A stretch of DNA of 64,000 nucleotides, taken from positions 4,898,001-4,962,000 of the forward strand of contig CAKKNE010000002.1 of NCBI GenBank assembly GCA_918797485.1. Reading direction: 5' to 3'. Position 1 is the first letter of the stretch, and the number at the start of each line of letters is the position of its first letter. This document shows positions 50,274-60,727 of the stretch, piece by piece. Source of the DNA: Pelagomonas calceolata (lineage: Eukaryota). A program made the translations under genes and the position numbers. Below the pieces are notes generated by a model. That model did not search any database. It was not told where the DNA came from and saw only the letters and a list, made by a program, of their open reading frames with translations.

Positions 50274-51935
50274 TTACCTCCGCCGCTTCTTCGACGAAGC
50301 GTGCTTCTTCTTCTTCAGCCCCGCGAACTTGTGCCGCGGCTTCTCGTCGACAGCATCGTCCTCGTCGTCGAAGTCGTCACGCTTCTTTCGGCGCTTCTTG
50401 AAGGCGTCGTCGTCGTTCATCTGCCGCTGGGCCGTGCGCGACGCCTCGGTCACCCTATCTAGAAACGCTAGAGCTCGATCTTCGTCCACATCGGCTTTCG
50501 GGAGCCGCCTACCTAGCAGGTGCTCCAACCGTTGATACAATTCGACGTCGTACTGCGTCACGAAGGCCACTGCTCTACCCTTTCTCCCAGCGCGAGCTGT
50601 CCGCCCGACCCTATGGACGTATTCCTTGCCGTGGCTTGGGATGTCGTAATTCAACACGAGGTCGACCGTAGGAATATCTAGACCGCGCGCGGCCACATCC
50701 GTGGCCACCAGTACTTTCGCATCTCCACTCTTGAAAGCTCTGAGAGCTCCTAACCTTTTAGGTTGGTCCATCTTGCCGTGGAGGGCCTGCGCCTCAAACC
50801 CGAGTTGGCGTAACAGTAGTGAGACTTTGGTAGCCCCCGCACAGGTCCCGCAGAAGACCAATCCACTTCGACCGCGGTTCATGTCCAACAACGCAGCGAG
50901 GTAGCACTCCTTGTGCTTGGCAGGAATAAATAAGTACTCTTGCGTTAAGTTCCGAGGCGTCGCAAATTTATCATTCACTTCGACCTTCACGGGCTTGTGG
51001 AGCGACGCCCGCTGGAGCTTGGCGACCTTCGACGTCATGGTCGCGCTGAAGAGCATCGACGATCTTCCTTCCGAGGGTATGGCTTGACAGATCGCATCAA
51101 GCTCAGCCTCAAAGTCCATGCTCAGCATGCGGTCCGCCTCGTCCATGACCAGGCATTTACAGCCTCGCAGGTGGAAGCCCTTCGTGTTCTCGAGGTGATC
51201 TACGAGTCGACCCGGCGTCGCTATGATACAATGCGGCTGTTTTGCCAAAGCTAAAGATTGCTGGGCCACTTCTACCCCTCCAACAATACACACGCAGCGC
51301 AGCCCGATGGCCTTGCCCAGCGCGTCGAAGACCTCGTGGATCTGGACGGCAAGCTCCCTCGTGGGTGCGAGGACGGTGCCGAATAACCGCGACGGCTTCT
51401 CCAACAATTTATGCATGATGGGTAATCCAAATGCTCCGGTCTTCCCGCTGCCCGTCTCCGCCAGGCCGATCACGTCTCTACCTGCCAGCGCCACGGGAAT
51501 GGCCTTCCTTTGAATTCTCGTCGGCTTCGTCCAACCCACAGCCGTCGTCGCGTCGACGAGCGCCGTGTGGAGGCCTAAGGCGGCCCAGGCGGGCTTGCCC
51601 TCGAGCTCCTCCTCCTCTTCTTCGTCGTCGTCGTCCGGCGCCTCGTCGTCCTCCTCGGCGGCGGCCTCCGGCTCGTCCGCGGCCGCGGGCTCGGGCTCGG
51701 GCTCCGGCTCCGGCTTCGGCGCTTCGACGCGTTCCGGCGTTTTAGCCTTCTTCGGCGCCGGCGCGGCGCGCGGGCCGTCGCTGTAGTAGCCCGTCACGCC
51801 TCGCACCGTCGTGAAGACGCAGCCGGCGACCGGGCCCGCGTACGTCTTCGCCTCGCGCACGAGCTCGCGCGGCGGTCCGCCGGCTGATTTGCGCTTCTGC
51901 TTCTTCTTTTTCTTGGTGCTGCGCTTCGGATCCAT
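50274..51935 (-). CDS. DDX47: DEAD-box RNA helicase DDX47/Rrp3
   Basis: GLAETGSGKTGAF, DHLENTKGF, DEADRMLSMDF and FVTQYDVELYQR. Confidence 0.95.
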   Translation of the reverse strand: MDPKRSTKKKKKQKRKSAGGPPRELVREAKTYAGPVAGCVFTTVRGVTGYYSDGPRAAPAPKKAKTPERVEAPKPEPEPEPEPAAADEPEAAAEEDDEAPDDDDEEEEEELEGKPAWAALGLHTALVDATTAVGWTKPTRIQRKAIPVALAGRDVIGLAETGSGKTGAFGLPIMHKLLEKPSRLFGTVLAPTRELAVQIHEVFDALGKAIGLRCVCIVGGVEVAQQSLALAKQPHCIIATPGRLVDHLENTKGFHLRGCKCLVMDEADRMLSMDFEAELDAICQAIPSEGRSSMLFSATMTSKVAKLQRASLHKPVKVEVNDKFATPRNLTQEYLFIPAKHKECYLAALLDMNRGRSGLVFCGTCAGATKVSLLLRQLGFEAQALHGKMDQPKRLGALRAFKSGDAKVLVATDVAARGLDIPTVDLVLNYDIPSHGKEYVHRVGRTARAGRKGRAVAFVTQYDVELYQRLEHLLGRRLPKADVDEDRALAFLDRVTEASRTAQRQMNDDDAFKKRRKKRDDFDDEDDAVDEKPRHKFAGLKKKKHASSKKRRR

Positions 51936-52124
51936 CGATGCGCGTCACAGCGAATTGATTGAATTTATCGCCTAGTTTTTGCTCTTTTGCCAGGCAGCTT
52001 GTCAAACAGGATGCGACCGGTGTCAATGCGTCGATGCGCTATTCCGCGCTGCGCAGCGATGTTGCGATCGCTTGGTAACCAGTCACGCGCTTAATGCGAC
52101 GACTGCAGTCTGCTGCTCTGTGCA

Positions 52125-52143
52125 CCTAGCGTGACACACTAGC
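52125..52143. promoter_or_regulatory. Twin-CTAG motif, shortened copy 12
   Basis: CCTAGCGTGACACACTAGC (9-nt spacer) in a divergent gap. Confidence 0.4.
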
Positions 52144-52402
52144 CCCGAAAAATGTCAGCCGTCGCAATCATAGCAGGACGCCTCCGGGCCCGCCCCACGG
52201 CCTCGCGCAACCACGGACGTGCTACTTTTGGCAGCCTTCGTTGCCGGGCAGTCAACTGGAAGCTGTCAACTGGCATAGCTGCGGACCGGCGGCCCGGGTC
52301 GCGCGAGGCTGCCCGCGCGGTGCCAAACAGACCACCGGTAGCGTCGTACCGCGAGCGGTACGGAAAACGGCCATGGGTGTCAGGCGGAGGAGCTAACAAC
52401 CG

Positions 52403-55400
52403 ATGGCCGAGGTCGACGCCCTCACGGCGGCGAGACGGGCGCGCCAGCGGCGCAGGAAGGAGCTCCAGCGCCACGGCCAAGCGGTGCTTCGAAGAGTCCT
52501 CGGCGTCGCATTGCTCTCGGCGGCCGCGCTGTTGTACGGCGCTTCGTCAAACTACACGTCTCACAAAGACAAGGAATTTGGCAGCGGTGCGGGCATGCTT
52601 TATGGAGTGGGCGTCGTCGCTTTGCCGGGCACGATCGTGGGCCTGTACGTGGCCTACGGGCCCGGGAACGCCATGTCTCGGTCCGCTAGAGGTTTCGCCG
52701 TGCTCGTCGTCATCCCGGCGTTGGGCGTGCTAGGCATCGTACTTAACCTTGTGCTCACGCAACAAATGGACAGAGAAACTAGAAATTTTGGAGTATTTTT
52801 TGGCTCGTTTGCTGCCGTGCTGGCGGGCTTGGCTATCCACCTGACCTGGTCGTTAGTTGCTGCCGCGAATTCCTCTTCTCGAGTGCCTGGTGCGGCCGCG
52901 GGCTGGCTCGGCACCTGGATTTGTGTACTGATAATGGCTCCCTTGGGCGTCGCCGGCCCCCTCATTTTATTCAGGAAGAACGGTAGGGTACTGCACCAGT
53001 GGTTCGGCGTCGTGTCGCCGGACGACGAGGAGCATTCTGCAAAGCCGCCGCTGCAGCTCCTACCGGCTCTGTTGGTGCCCTGCGTCGCGTTGTTAGTATT
53101 AGTGCACCCGCTCGTGCGAGTGACGGTCCTACGATGGCCCGTCTTCGCTGACGGGACCGTCCCTTCCTTACGACACGCGCCATCGCGATGCGGGTGTTTA
53201 AGGAAACCTTTTGACGCCTTGGATGCGATCCTATGCTCGTCCTTTGTTATTTTTGCGGCGTCGTGCTACTATGAGGAAATGAGTGTACCTCTGAGACTAG
53301 CCGGCGCTTCATTAGCTCTAGTGACGCCGTGGACCGCAGCAGGAGCAGCTAGAATAGGCGCCTTCTCCGGCTCGACGGACGCCGTCTGGCGGCGCGCGAC
53401 CTCGAAGTTCGTGGCTCCTGGTTTAGTGTTAGGTTTGATCGGTCTCAGACTTGGGAGAAAAAGCACGTGGTTCGGACCATTATCAAGGGTCTGCTTCGGC
53501 GCCGCGGCCGTTGCCGCGTTGGCACTCGCAGCAAGATTAACGGTTGAGAGGGCCGACGACGCCACACGCGTGCGGAGAGCGACGGCCTTCGCCGCAATTG
53601 GGATAATGCCGTGGTGGCTCTGCGTCGTGGGCGAAGTTGACCTGCAGTCGCCGACGTTACGGGGAGCGTTTATCGCGGCCCTGCCCTCCATCCTTGCGGG
53701 GATACGAGCGGCGCGCGACACGGCGCCGCCGCCCAGACGCCTGGACATGCTCCGGGCACTTCCACACCTGTTGCTCGTGGCTATTGGTAGCTACGTCGGC
53801 ATCGTTCTAGCTTTGTCTCGTTTGAAGGCGGGCGGCGCCGGGGTGTTGTTTGCGACTTTTGTGATCGCGCCCTTTTGTACGAGGGTCGGCCTGGATACCG
53901 AGCGGAAAGTCCGAAAGTACCGCGGGTTGACGCCTAGAACGTGGTTACTCGTCGTTGGTATTACTCCAGCTCTGGTTATTATCATACTAACTCTAATCAG
54001 AGTCTTCTTCACGTCCACCACGCTGACGGACGCCCTTCAATCTCTGTTAGAGTTCAAGCGCAATGACCTGACAGACGAAGTCCGGGCGGGCTGCGCTTGG
54101 TTGTTTATTGCCGTACCCTGCACTACTGTTGGGTGGGATACCGTAGAAAAAGCAGCGGAACGGTGGCGAAGAACGGCAAGAGCGCAGCTGCCCGATCGGC
54201 CGGGCTACTATGATGAGCTTTTGGGCAGCGAGGACTCGAGAGTCCACGAGACGCAGGCGCGACGACGGTGGTCGACGATCAACGCCGCCATCCGGGCGGG
54301 CGCCATCTCACAAACTGATGAAGTGGTAGAAACGAAACTCCAGTCCGACTACTGGGACCACGACATCAAAGCGAGCGAGGCGGCGCCGGCCTTCGGGGGG
54401 ATGTTGTGTTGCCTCGTGCTGGTGCCGTTTGGTGTCTTGGCACCCTTGTTCTTTTTGGTCGATGGACCGACGGTGTTGCTGTTAAACAAGTCGCGGTTGA
54501 TGGGTGCGCTCGTATTAGCTGTGTTCGTCTTTGTGACGGTACTCACGACAGCCGCCAACGCGTCCATGGACCGCATCAAGACCGAAAAGAAGTCGAAGTT
54601 AGCTGGTCATGCTTTACGACTAGCTTTACGGGCTAACAGTGTGGTCGCGGACGGGAATTGTGCGAGACAGTTGTTTGATGTCCGGCACCACCACGTCGAG
54701 ATGGCTACCGCGGCGTTACGTCGTAGGCCGGACGCCGGTAATGCGCGTAATGGCAGGCCGCTCACCGAGAGGCAACACTCTAGAGTGCAAGACGCGGCAG
54801 ATAGAGCGCTATTGGATGACCTGAAACGGAGCGAATTACGCTACGAGAATGTGGTCGATGCCAGTCAAAAGGCTTTGGCTGAGGTGAGTCAGCCGTCTAC
54901 CGGTTTAGATGCTCTCAAACTAAGAAGGAGAAATGCGCACGCGTCCTACGAATTGTTAATAAGGGAAGACCGCCTGCTGCAGGACGAGGGGTTGTACTAC
55001 TGGCGCCCGACGGAGAAGGACGAACACAGCATGTCTATCATCAATCTACCGGTCTTGATCGATACGATAGCGAAGCAGTACGCGCACGACCATCTAATCG
55101 CCGAGGCCCACGCGCGAAAACGGAGGAAGCGCCAAGAACAGGAGGAGAAGCACCACACGCCGCGCGACGTGTCTCTGCAAATCGAACTGCCGTCGTGCCT
55201 GAAGTGCGCCCGGAAGAAGCGCGACGCTCCTGTACATGTCGAAGAAAAACGAGTGGACCCCGCGACGTTGAAACTGCGAAACGAAGCGCGCGTGGCCATC
55301 GACGCCTGCGAGCAATTAGCAGAGCAAGAAGGCCTCGCGGATCAAAGGCGTAAGAGGCCGTGGTCCGCTTCGGTACTGAGGGAAGCCGTGACGGGTGCTT

Positions 55401-57547
55401 TGATGGGTGGTCTCGACGACTTCCTCCAGCCCCTCGTGCAGCTGGAGGAGCGCCTCGTCGCGCGCGCTAGGTGGGGGTTACTTTGTGACGCTCTACCTGT
55501 ATTAGTAGAAAGGCGGTGGTCGCTCACACCAATGCCGCCCAAATCAACAATGAAGTACAGGGCCGCTCTGCTCCCGCGAGCCTACAAGGCTTATGTACCG
55601 ATGACCGAGGACTCGTGGAGGACGTTTTTATCTGATGCTGATGTGTTAGAGAACGGCATCGCTACTTTGAAGGCTGAGTTGGTGTTTGCAGCTCTGGCAC
55701 AGAAGGGTGAAATGGACTACCGCTCCTTCCGCCAGGCGATGCGGCAGGTCGCCGTCGCTCTATATCCCCAACTCCCGGAGGCCGATGCGCTTAAGTTGTT
55801 GGGGCAGAAGCATGTGTTTCCTAAAGTTAAGTTGGCTCCGGAACGAGAGGCTTCCGATTTACTCCCCTACCAACCGGAGTCCGACTCGCCGCGCTTGCTG
55901 GAGTTACTTAAGCGAGAAGGAGGCGTGGTAAGGGACCCGGCCAAGCGGAAGGCTTCCGTCGAGACGCTGCGACGGGCCATCTCGTCTCAAGTGATTGTGA
56001 ATGAGAATGACCATTGCTCGGAGCTCGCGGCGAAGGCGGGTTCGACGTATGCTCGCAAGTTGGACATCGCCCGTTCCGCGTGTTCGGAAGCGCGCGAGGC
56101 GGTCCTGAAGGCGGTCGAGAAGAGCAATAGTGATAGACGGCCGAAGACGCCTCCGGAAGAGGTGGTCGTGCTGTCGCCGGAAGAGGCCCTGGCCAAGGCC
56201 GAGCAGGAGAAGAAGGAACGGCAGGAGAAGCGCGAGAAATCGTATTATTGGAGACTGAGGAAGAAGCTACATGATGCGTGGAAAGCTAGGGACGAAAAAG
56301 ACGAGGCGGAACTCGAGTTAGAATTAATGCGAATAGGTGTTGAGACGAGAGGTGACCGTCCGAAGGACTGGTCCCTGATCTCCGAGAAAGTCGTCGAGAC
56401 GTTACGCGTCTCGGCGGACCACGAGCGACGAAGAAGTAATGAATTCACGGAGTCGGCGGTGAGGTTCGTGTGGAGCGTGGACAATGCCTTTGCCGTTTTC
56501 GACTTGTTGATGGAGTGGTTCACGTTTTCATCTTTGGGATTGAAGGGTGCCGCCGGTGTGGCCTGGGGGATGGAACGGCGATGCACCTTCACAAAAAGAG
56601 GCTGCAACGACGTGGTAGAAGATTCGGCACCGAAGGGTTTGCTCAAACTCGCGGCGAACGCGCCGTTGTTGACGGTCGATTCCCTGCGGACGATGCAGCT
56701 GTTTTGGATTAGTTGTATCTTCTGCTGTGCCGTGCCTTTGTATCTGATGCCGGCCATAAGACAAGCTAGAGAGCAGACGTTGGGTCTCGGCGAGGGCGGC
56801 AAGAAGCTCTCGCCGTTTAGCAAGGCGGGTTTGTACTTCAACGGCATCAAGATAGTCTCGGCGGCTGTCGCTCCGGTCATGACGACGCTGTTCTCTGCTT
56901 TTGTGTGCGACACGTGCGAGCCGTCGCCTCGCTACTTGTCGCGGATGTCCGTGCGATGCGGCTCGGCAACACACGTCGTCTATTTGGTTTGCGGGTTATT
57001 GGCCGCATTGGCGTATTATCCTCTTATTGCTTACTTACAGCCCCAATTACAATTCAAGTCGAAATCGCTCGATCTGAAGTTCGAGCCCACTTACTTGGTA
57101 TTGGTGGCCCAGACGAAACTATCCTTAGCAGTGGTCGTGAACTTCTGGTCCGAGGACCGATCTAGGAGGTGCGGCGAGGGCGTGACCGCGTCGCAACGGC
57201 TGACGCAGGGGGCGCAGCAATTGGGCATCGCGGCGGTGTTGTGCGGCTTTTTAGCTTATAGAACCTTACAATCGAGGCCGTGCATCGTCGCCGAGTTCAA
57301 CGTGGCCAGGTTCGCGTTACTTTCCGCGGCGGCGCTGTTTTTGGTCGCTTCGTTGATATGTGATGGCTTACAACGGGGTTTGAGTGTTGGTATGGACCTG
57401 GCCCGTTTTATATCAGCGGGGCTCTGGCTGCTTGCCGTGGTGGTCGTCGGTTGGGTGTCCCGGCGGCGGCTGAGGCGCATCGATGAAGAAAGGCTGGCGG
57501 CGGCGAAGGACGACGACGACGGGGAGGATCCCGTGTTGATGACGTAG
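52403..57547 (+). CDS. Large multi-pass membrane protein of unknown function
   Basis: 1714-aa uninterrupted ORF: many N-terminal TMs, a soluble middle region and a C-terminal TM bundle. Confidence 0.85.
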   Translation: MAEVDALTAARRARQRRRKELQRHGQAVLRRVLGVALLSAAALLYGASSNYTSHKDKEFGSGAGMLYGVGVVALPGTIVGLYVAYGPGNAMSRSARGFAVLVVIPALGVLGIVLNLVLTQQMDRETRNFGVFFGSFAAVLAGLAIHLTWSLVAAANSSSRVPGAAAGWLGTWICVLIMAPLGVAGPLILFRKNGRVLHQWFGVVSPDDEEHSAKPPLQLLPALLVPCVALLVLVHPLVRVTVLRWPVFADGTVPSLRHAPSRCGCLRKPFDALDAILCSSFVIFAASCYYEEMSVPLRLAGASLALVTPWTAAGAARIGAFSGSTDAVWRRATSKFVAPGLVLGLIGLRLGRKSTWFGPLSRVCFGAAAVAALALAARLTVERADDATRVRRATAFAAIGIMPWWLCVVGEVDLQSPTLRGAFIAALPSILAGIRAARDTAPPPRRLDMLRALPHLLLVAIGSYVGIVLALSRLKAGGAGVLFATFVIAPFCTRVGLDTERKVRKYRGLTPRTWLLVVGITPALVIIILTLIRVFFTSTTLTDALQSLLEFKRNDLTDEVRAGCAWLFIAVPCTTVGWDTVEKAAERWRRTARAQLPDRPGYYDELLGSEDSRVHETQARRRWSTINAAIRAGAISQTDEVVETKLQSDYWDHDIKASEAAPAFGGMLCCLVLVPFGVLAPLFFLVDGPTVLLLNKSRLMGALVLAVFVFVTVLTTAANASMDRIKTEKKSKLAGHALRLALRANSVVADGNCARQLFDVRHHHVEMATAALRRRPDAGNARNGRPLTERQHSRVQDAADRALLDDLKRSELRYENVVDASQKALAEVSQPSTGLDALKLRRRNAHASYELLIREDRLLQDEGLYYWRPTEKDEHSMSIINLPVLIDTIAKQYAHDHLIAEAHARKRRKRQEQEEKHHTPRDVSLQIELPSCLKCARKKRDAPVHVEEKRVDPATLKLRNEARVAIDACEQLAEQEGLADQRRKRPWSASVLREAVTGALMGGLDDFLQPLVQLEERLVARARWGLLCDALPVLVERRWSLTPMPPKSTMKYRAALLPRAYKAYVPMTEDSWRTFLSDADVLENGIATLKAELVFAALAQKGEMDYRSFRQAMRQVAVALYPQLPEADALKLLGQKHVFPKVKLAPEREASDLLPYQPESDSPRLLELLKREGGVVRDPAKRKASVETLRRAISSQVIVNENDHCSELAAKAGSTYARKLDIARSACSEAREAVLKAVEKSNSDRRPKTPPEEVVVLSPEEALAKAEQEKKERQEKREKSYYWRLRKKLHDAWKARDEKDEAELELELMRIGVETRGDRPKDWSLISEKVVETLRVSADHERRRSNEFTESAVRFVWSVDNAFAVFDLLMEWFTFSSLGLKGAAGVAWGMERRCTFTKRGCNDVVEDSAPKGLLKLAANAPLLTVDSLRTMQLFWISCIFCCAVPLYLMPAIRQAREQTLGLGEGGKKLSPFSKAGLYFNGIKIVSAAVAPVMTTLFSAFVCDTCEPSPRYLSRMSVRCGSATHVVYLVCGLLAALAYYPLIAYLQPQLQFKSKSLDLKFEPTYLVLVAQTKLSLAVVVNFWSEDRSRRCGEGVTASQRLTQGAQQLGIAAVLCGFLAYRTLQSRPCIVAEFNVARFALLSAAALFLVASLICDGLQRGLSVGMDLARFISAGLWLLAVVVVGWVSRRRLRRIDEERLAAAKDDDDGEDPVLMT

Positions 57548-57726
57548 GCGTCGGTGTAAGAGGTTGTGAGTGATCTTCGTTTCCAGAGAACCCCCCCCTC
57601 CAAGCTCTTACCCTAGCCCCTCTAGCCTCCCTTCAAGACGCGCAATCACGAAACCCGTTTTGTCATGCAAAGAAAAAAAAAACACGCGCGCGTGGCCGCT
57701 ACGCGCCTTAGTACGCTCTCACGCAG

Positions 57727-58854
57727 ATGATCATCACAAACTGCGCCGCCTGCGCCAAGCCCATCGAACACGACGACGCGTCATGGAGATGCGTGGGTTG
57801 TCAAACTAGATACTGCAGTGAACGCTGCGAACGCTACGACCGGCGGCGCGGCGGGCACGGCAAAATTTGTGGCGCGATCGCAAGCGGTGGCGGCGCCGAA
57901 CAATACCACGCCGACAAAAAATACGAGGAGGCCGTCGCGGACGCGGTCGAGGAGTGCGCGGAGGACACCGAAGGTCAGACGTGCTACATCTGTCTGGAGG
58001 ACGGCTCGGAGGAAGGCCTCGTTCGTGGGTGCTCGTGCCGCGGGGGGTCGGGCTTTGCGCACGTGTCGTGCTTGGCGAAGCAAGCGAAGATTTTGATGGA
58101 TCAGGCCGAGGAGAACAATCTCCGCGGCAACGAGTTTGATGCGAAGTGGGAGCGGTGGCACAAGTGTAGGTTGTGCGGGCAAGAGCACCACGGCGCCGTG
58201 CGGTGTGCGCTTGGATGGGCGTGCTGGAAAACGTACGTGGGCCGGCCGGAGGAGGATGATACTCGGAGGATGGCGATTAACCAGCTCGCGAACGGTTTAC
58301 AAGTTTCAGGACACCAAGAGCACGCGTTGTCCGTGCGAGAGGTCGAGTTGGCCACTGAGGAGCGCTTGGGTGCATCACCACTGAGGACGCTGGCCACACG
58401 AAGCAATTTGGCTTTGAGCTATTACCACCTCGGGCGGATAGAGGATGCCTTACGTCTCCAGCGAGAGGTCTACACAGGGTGGCAGATTCTGAGTCTCTCA
58501 AGCCAATTGCGAGAGGCGGTTGGCGATTGTCTTACTATCTCTGTCGGCAACCTAACAGAAATATTGATCGCTGCGCGCGAGTTTGAAGAGGCGCAATCGT
58601 TGGCGCGCGAAAAACTCCCCGCGATTATAGATCGCCATGGACCCGACGACATTTTGACTCTCGAGGTTCGGACTTGGTACGCGCGGGCTCTTTTCTTTGA
58701 AGGCGAGGAGCTTTCCGAGGCCGAGACGATTCTCGAGGATGTTCTGCGTAGATCAAAGCGGGTCTTGAGCGACTCCCATCCGGACACGGAGCGGGCTCGG
58801 AAGTTTCTGGAGGAGGTGCGGAGCGCGCGCGCGGACGCGGCCGAGGAGTCGTAG
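57727..58854 (+). CDS. MYND-type zinc finger + RING-CH (RINGv) + TPR-like protein
   Basis: CAAC...CVGC...YCSERC...HGKIC; CYIC...GCSCRGGSGFAHVSCL...CRLC; TPR_10/12-like helical repeats. Confidence 0.85.
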   Translation: MIITNCAACAKPIEHDDASWRCVGCQTRYCSERCERYDRRRGGHGKICGAIASGGGAEQYHADKKYEEAVADAVEECAEDTEGQTCYICLEDGSEEGLVRGCSCRGGSGFAHVSCLAKQAKILMDQAEENNLRGNEFDAKWERWHKCRLCGQEHHGAVRCALGWACWKTYVGRPEEDDTRRMAINQLANGLQVSGHQEHALSVREVELATEERLGASPLRTLATRSNLALSYYHLGRIEDALRLQREVYTGWQILSLSSQLREAVGDCLTISVGNLTEILIAAREFEEAQSLAREKLPAIIDRHGPDDILTLEVRTWYARALFFEGEELSEAETILEDVLRRSKRVLSDSHPDTERARKFLEEVRSARADAAEES

Positions 58855-58937
58855 TGCAGGCTAAGTTTATTCAACGGTGAGACGCATGACCCCAGACACG
58901 CCGTCGCCGCGAAATAAACTGTACCACAACACAAGAG

Positions 58938-60173
58938 TTACTCCTCCTTCACCTCCGGCGCCTCGCGCAGCAGTCGTCCCCGGTCGAACGCGACGGGCAG
59001 CTCGTCCACGCGCCAGCCCGCGTCCGCGACGGCCGCCGCGAAGGCCTCGGCGGCGCCCTCGTCCACGGTAGCCCCGAGCCGCGCGCGCGCGTGGACCGCG
59101 GCCTCGAGCGCGTCGCGCGGCGCCGCGTCGTCGTAGAGCAGCACACGCGCGACGTCCCGCTCCGCGTGGAGGACGTAGGGCACTTCGCCCGCAAACGCAT
59201 CTGACGGGAAAGCATCGACGCGGTCGCCCACGGATAACCAGGAAGGGTCGCCGCCGCCGACGAGCAGCGACTCGGCGGACGACGTCTCCGCCGGCGTCGG
59301 GCAGGTGCCCGTTTCCAGGAAAGCATCGACCAAAGCGGCTAATCTGGGAGGGTCGAGCTCGACGTCGGCCACGTAGCGTAGCGACAGCCACGTACAGGTT
59401 AAATGCGTGGCGGACAAAGCCGCCCAGGCCGGCCACACGGTCGTCACATCCCCACCACACGCGTTGGACACGCCGACGCCCAGTCCCAAGCCGACCAACG
59501 AAGCCACGATGGTCTGGGAGCCGGACTTGGCTGTGAGGTCGCCCAGGTTGGCCGCGCCCTGCCTGTTTGATAACGCGCGATGGATCGCGGCTCGGGAGGC
59601 CGACGCGGCCAGGTATGAGATGTTCTTCGCGACATTGGCCAGCCCCGCAATGGGCACGAAGTACTGGGGGAATGCTGGTAATGCCGCAAGCTCCACTAAA
59701 GCAGCCGCATCCAAAGCGACTGAGGACCGCAAGCGCCACCGCCGCGGTCTCGCATCCAAAGCGCCGCTCCAGATGGAAGCAAAGGCCACGCCGCCGAGCA
59801 TGCCCAGCCCGTCCTTCACGGCCCAGTTCGCCGCCGCGGCTAAAGGTGCGGCGGACGCGTCGCCCACGCCGACCGCGGTCAACAGTACTCGCGTCGACAG
59901 GACGCCGCCCGCAGACGAACAGGCGAAGCCCGCGAACTGCAACAACGCATAAGTGCCGTAGCCATCTTTCACGGACTGGGGGTAGCCCGCCGGCAGGAAG
60001 GGCGCCAAGGGTCTCCTCCAGGGCCGGCTCTCGTTGTGCTTCGTGGCGGACCAAGTGGTGTCGTTGTGTTCGAAGCGCTCGTAGGCGGCGCCGGCTTCCG
60101 CGGGGCGCTGGAGGACGACCCGTTTTGTGGAGAGGGCTCGCCTGCCTATTGGTCTTGCGACTCGCAGCAGCAT
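58938..60173 (-). CDS. RUS1 / DUF647 (root-UVB-sensitive) family protein
   Basis: FLPAGYPQSV, AVGVG, AANWAVKDGLG and NLGDLTAKSGSQ. Confidence 0.9.
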   Translation of the reverse strand: MLLRVARPIGRRALSTKRVVLQRPAEAGAAYERFEHNDTTWSATKHNESRPWRRPLAPFLPAGYPQSVKDGYGTYALLQFAGFACSSAGGVLSTRVLLTAVGVGDASAAPLAAAANWAVKDGLGMLGGVAFASIWSGALDARPRRWRLRSSVALDAAALVELAALPAFPQYFVPIAGLANVAKNISYLAASASRAAIHRALSNRQGAANLGDLTAKSGSQTIVASLVGLGLGVGVSNACGGDVTTVWPAWAALSATHLTCTWLSLRYVADVELDPPRLAALVDAFLETGTCPTPAETSSAESLLVGGGDPSWLSVGDRVDAFPSDAFAGEVPYVLHAERDVARVLLYDDAAPRDALEAAVHARARLGATVDEGAAEAFAAAVADAGWRVDELPVAFDRGRLLREAPEVKEE

Positions 60174-60727
60174 TGTTGCTGATGGTCCCAGGTCCAGGTG
60201 TTTTGCCCGTATTCAATCGATCTTGGGGCCGTCGAGACCGAGCAACAGTGCCTAGCTTATGAGATAAGCCAGCAGTGCAGCAATGTGTCAGCGTGTGTTT
60301 TGGCAGCCTTGCACGGCGTGGCTTGCAATTTTTTGCAGCAGTTATGCGCGCACACTGCGTCAGCGTTATCTGCACTGCGCAACAGTGCACGATGTTAATT
60401 TACTGCCGTGTTTTTAGGCCGTACAAAGCCATCATCCACACGCAAACCCGACCGCGGCATTTCCCCCACGTGCTTAGGCGTACTTGCAGCTGTCCGGAGC
60501 ACTCATTTTGCAGCGAAACAGCGGTTTCCTAACTGCGTCGGGCGATTTTTCACATAAGGCCACGCACCTGAAAGCGCCGTAAAATTACGACGTCTACAGG
60601 CAACAGCGACGACTAGCAACAGCTACGCACGCCGCACAACTACCAACTTTGCGAACTTGCAAAGAAACGCCAGCCAGCGCGCGTTTTGCATCAAAAATCA
60701 CTGCAGCCTGCAGCAACAACATAAAAA

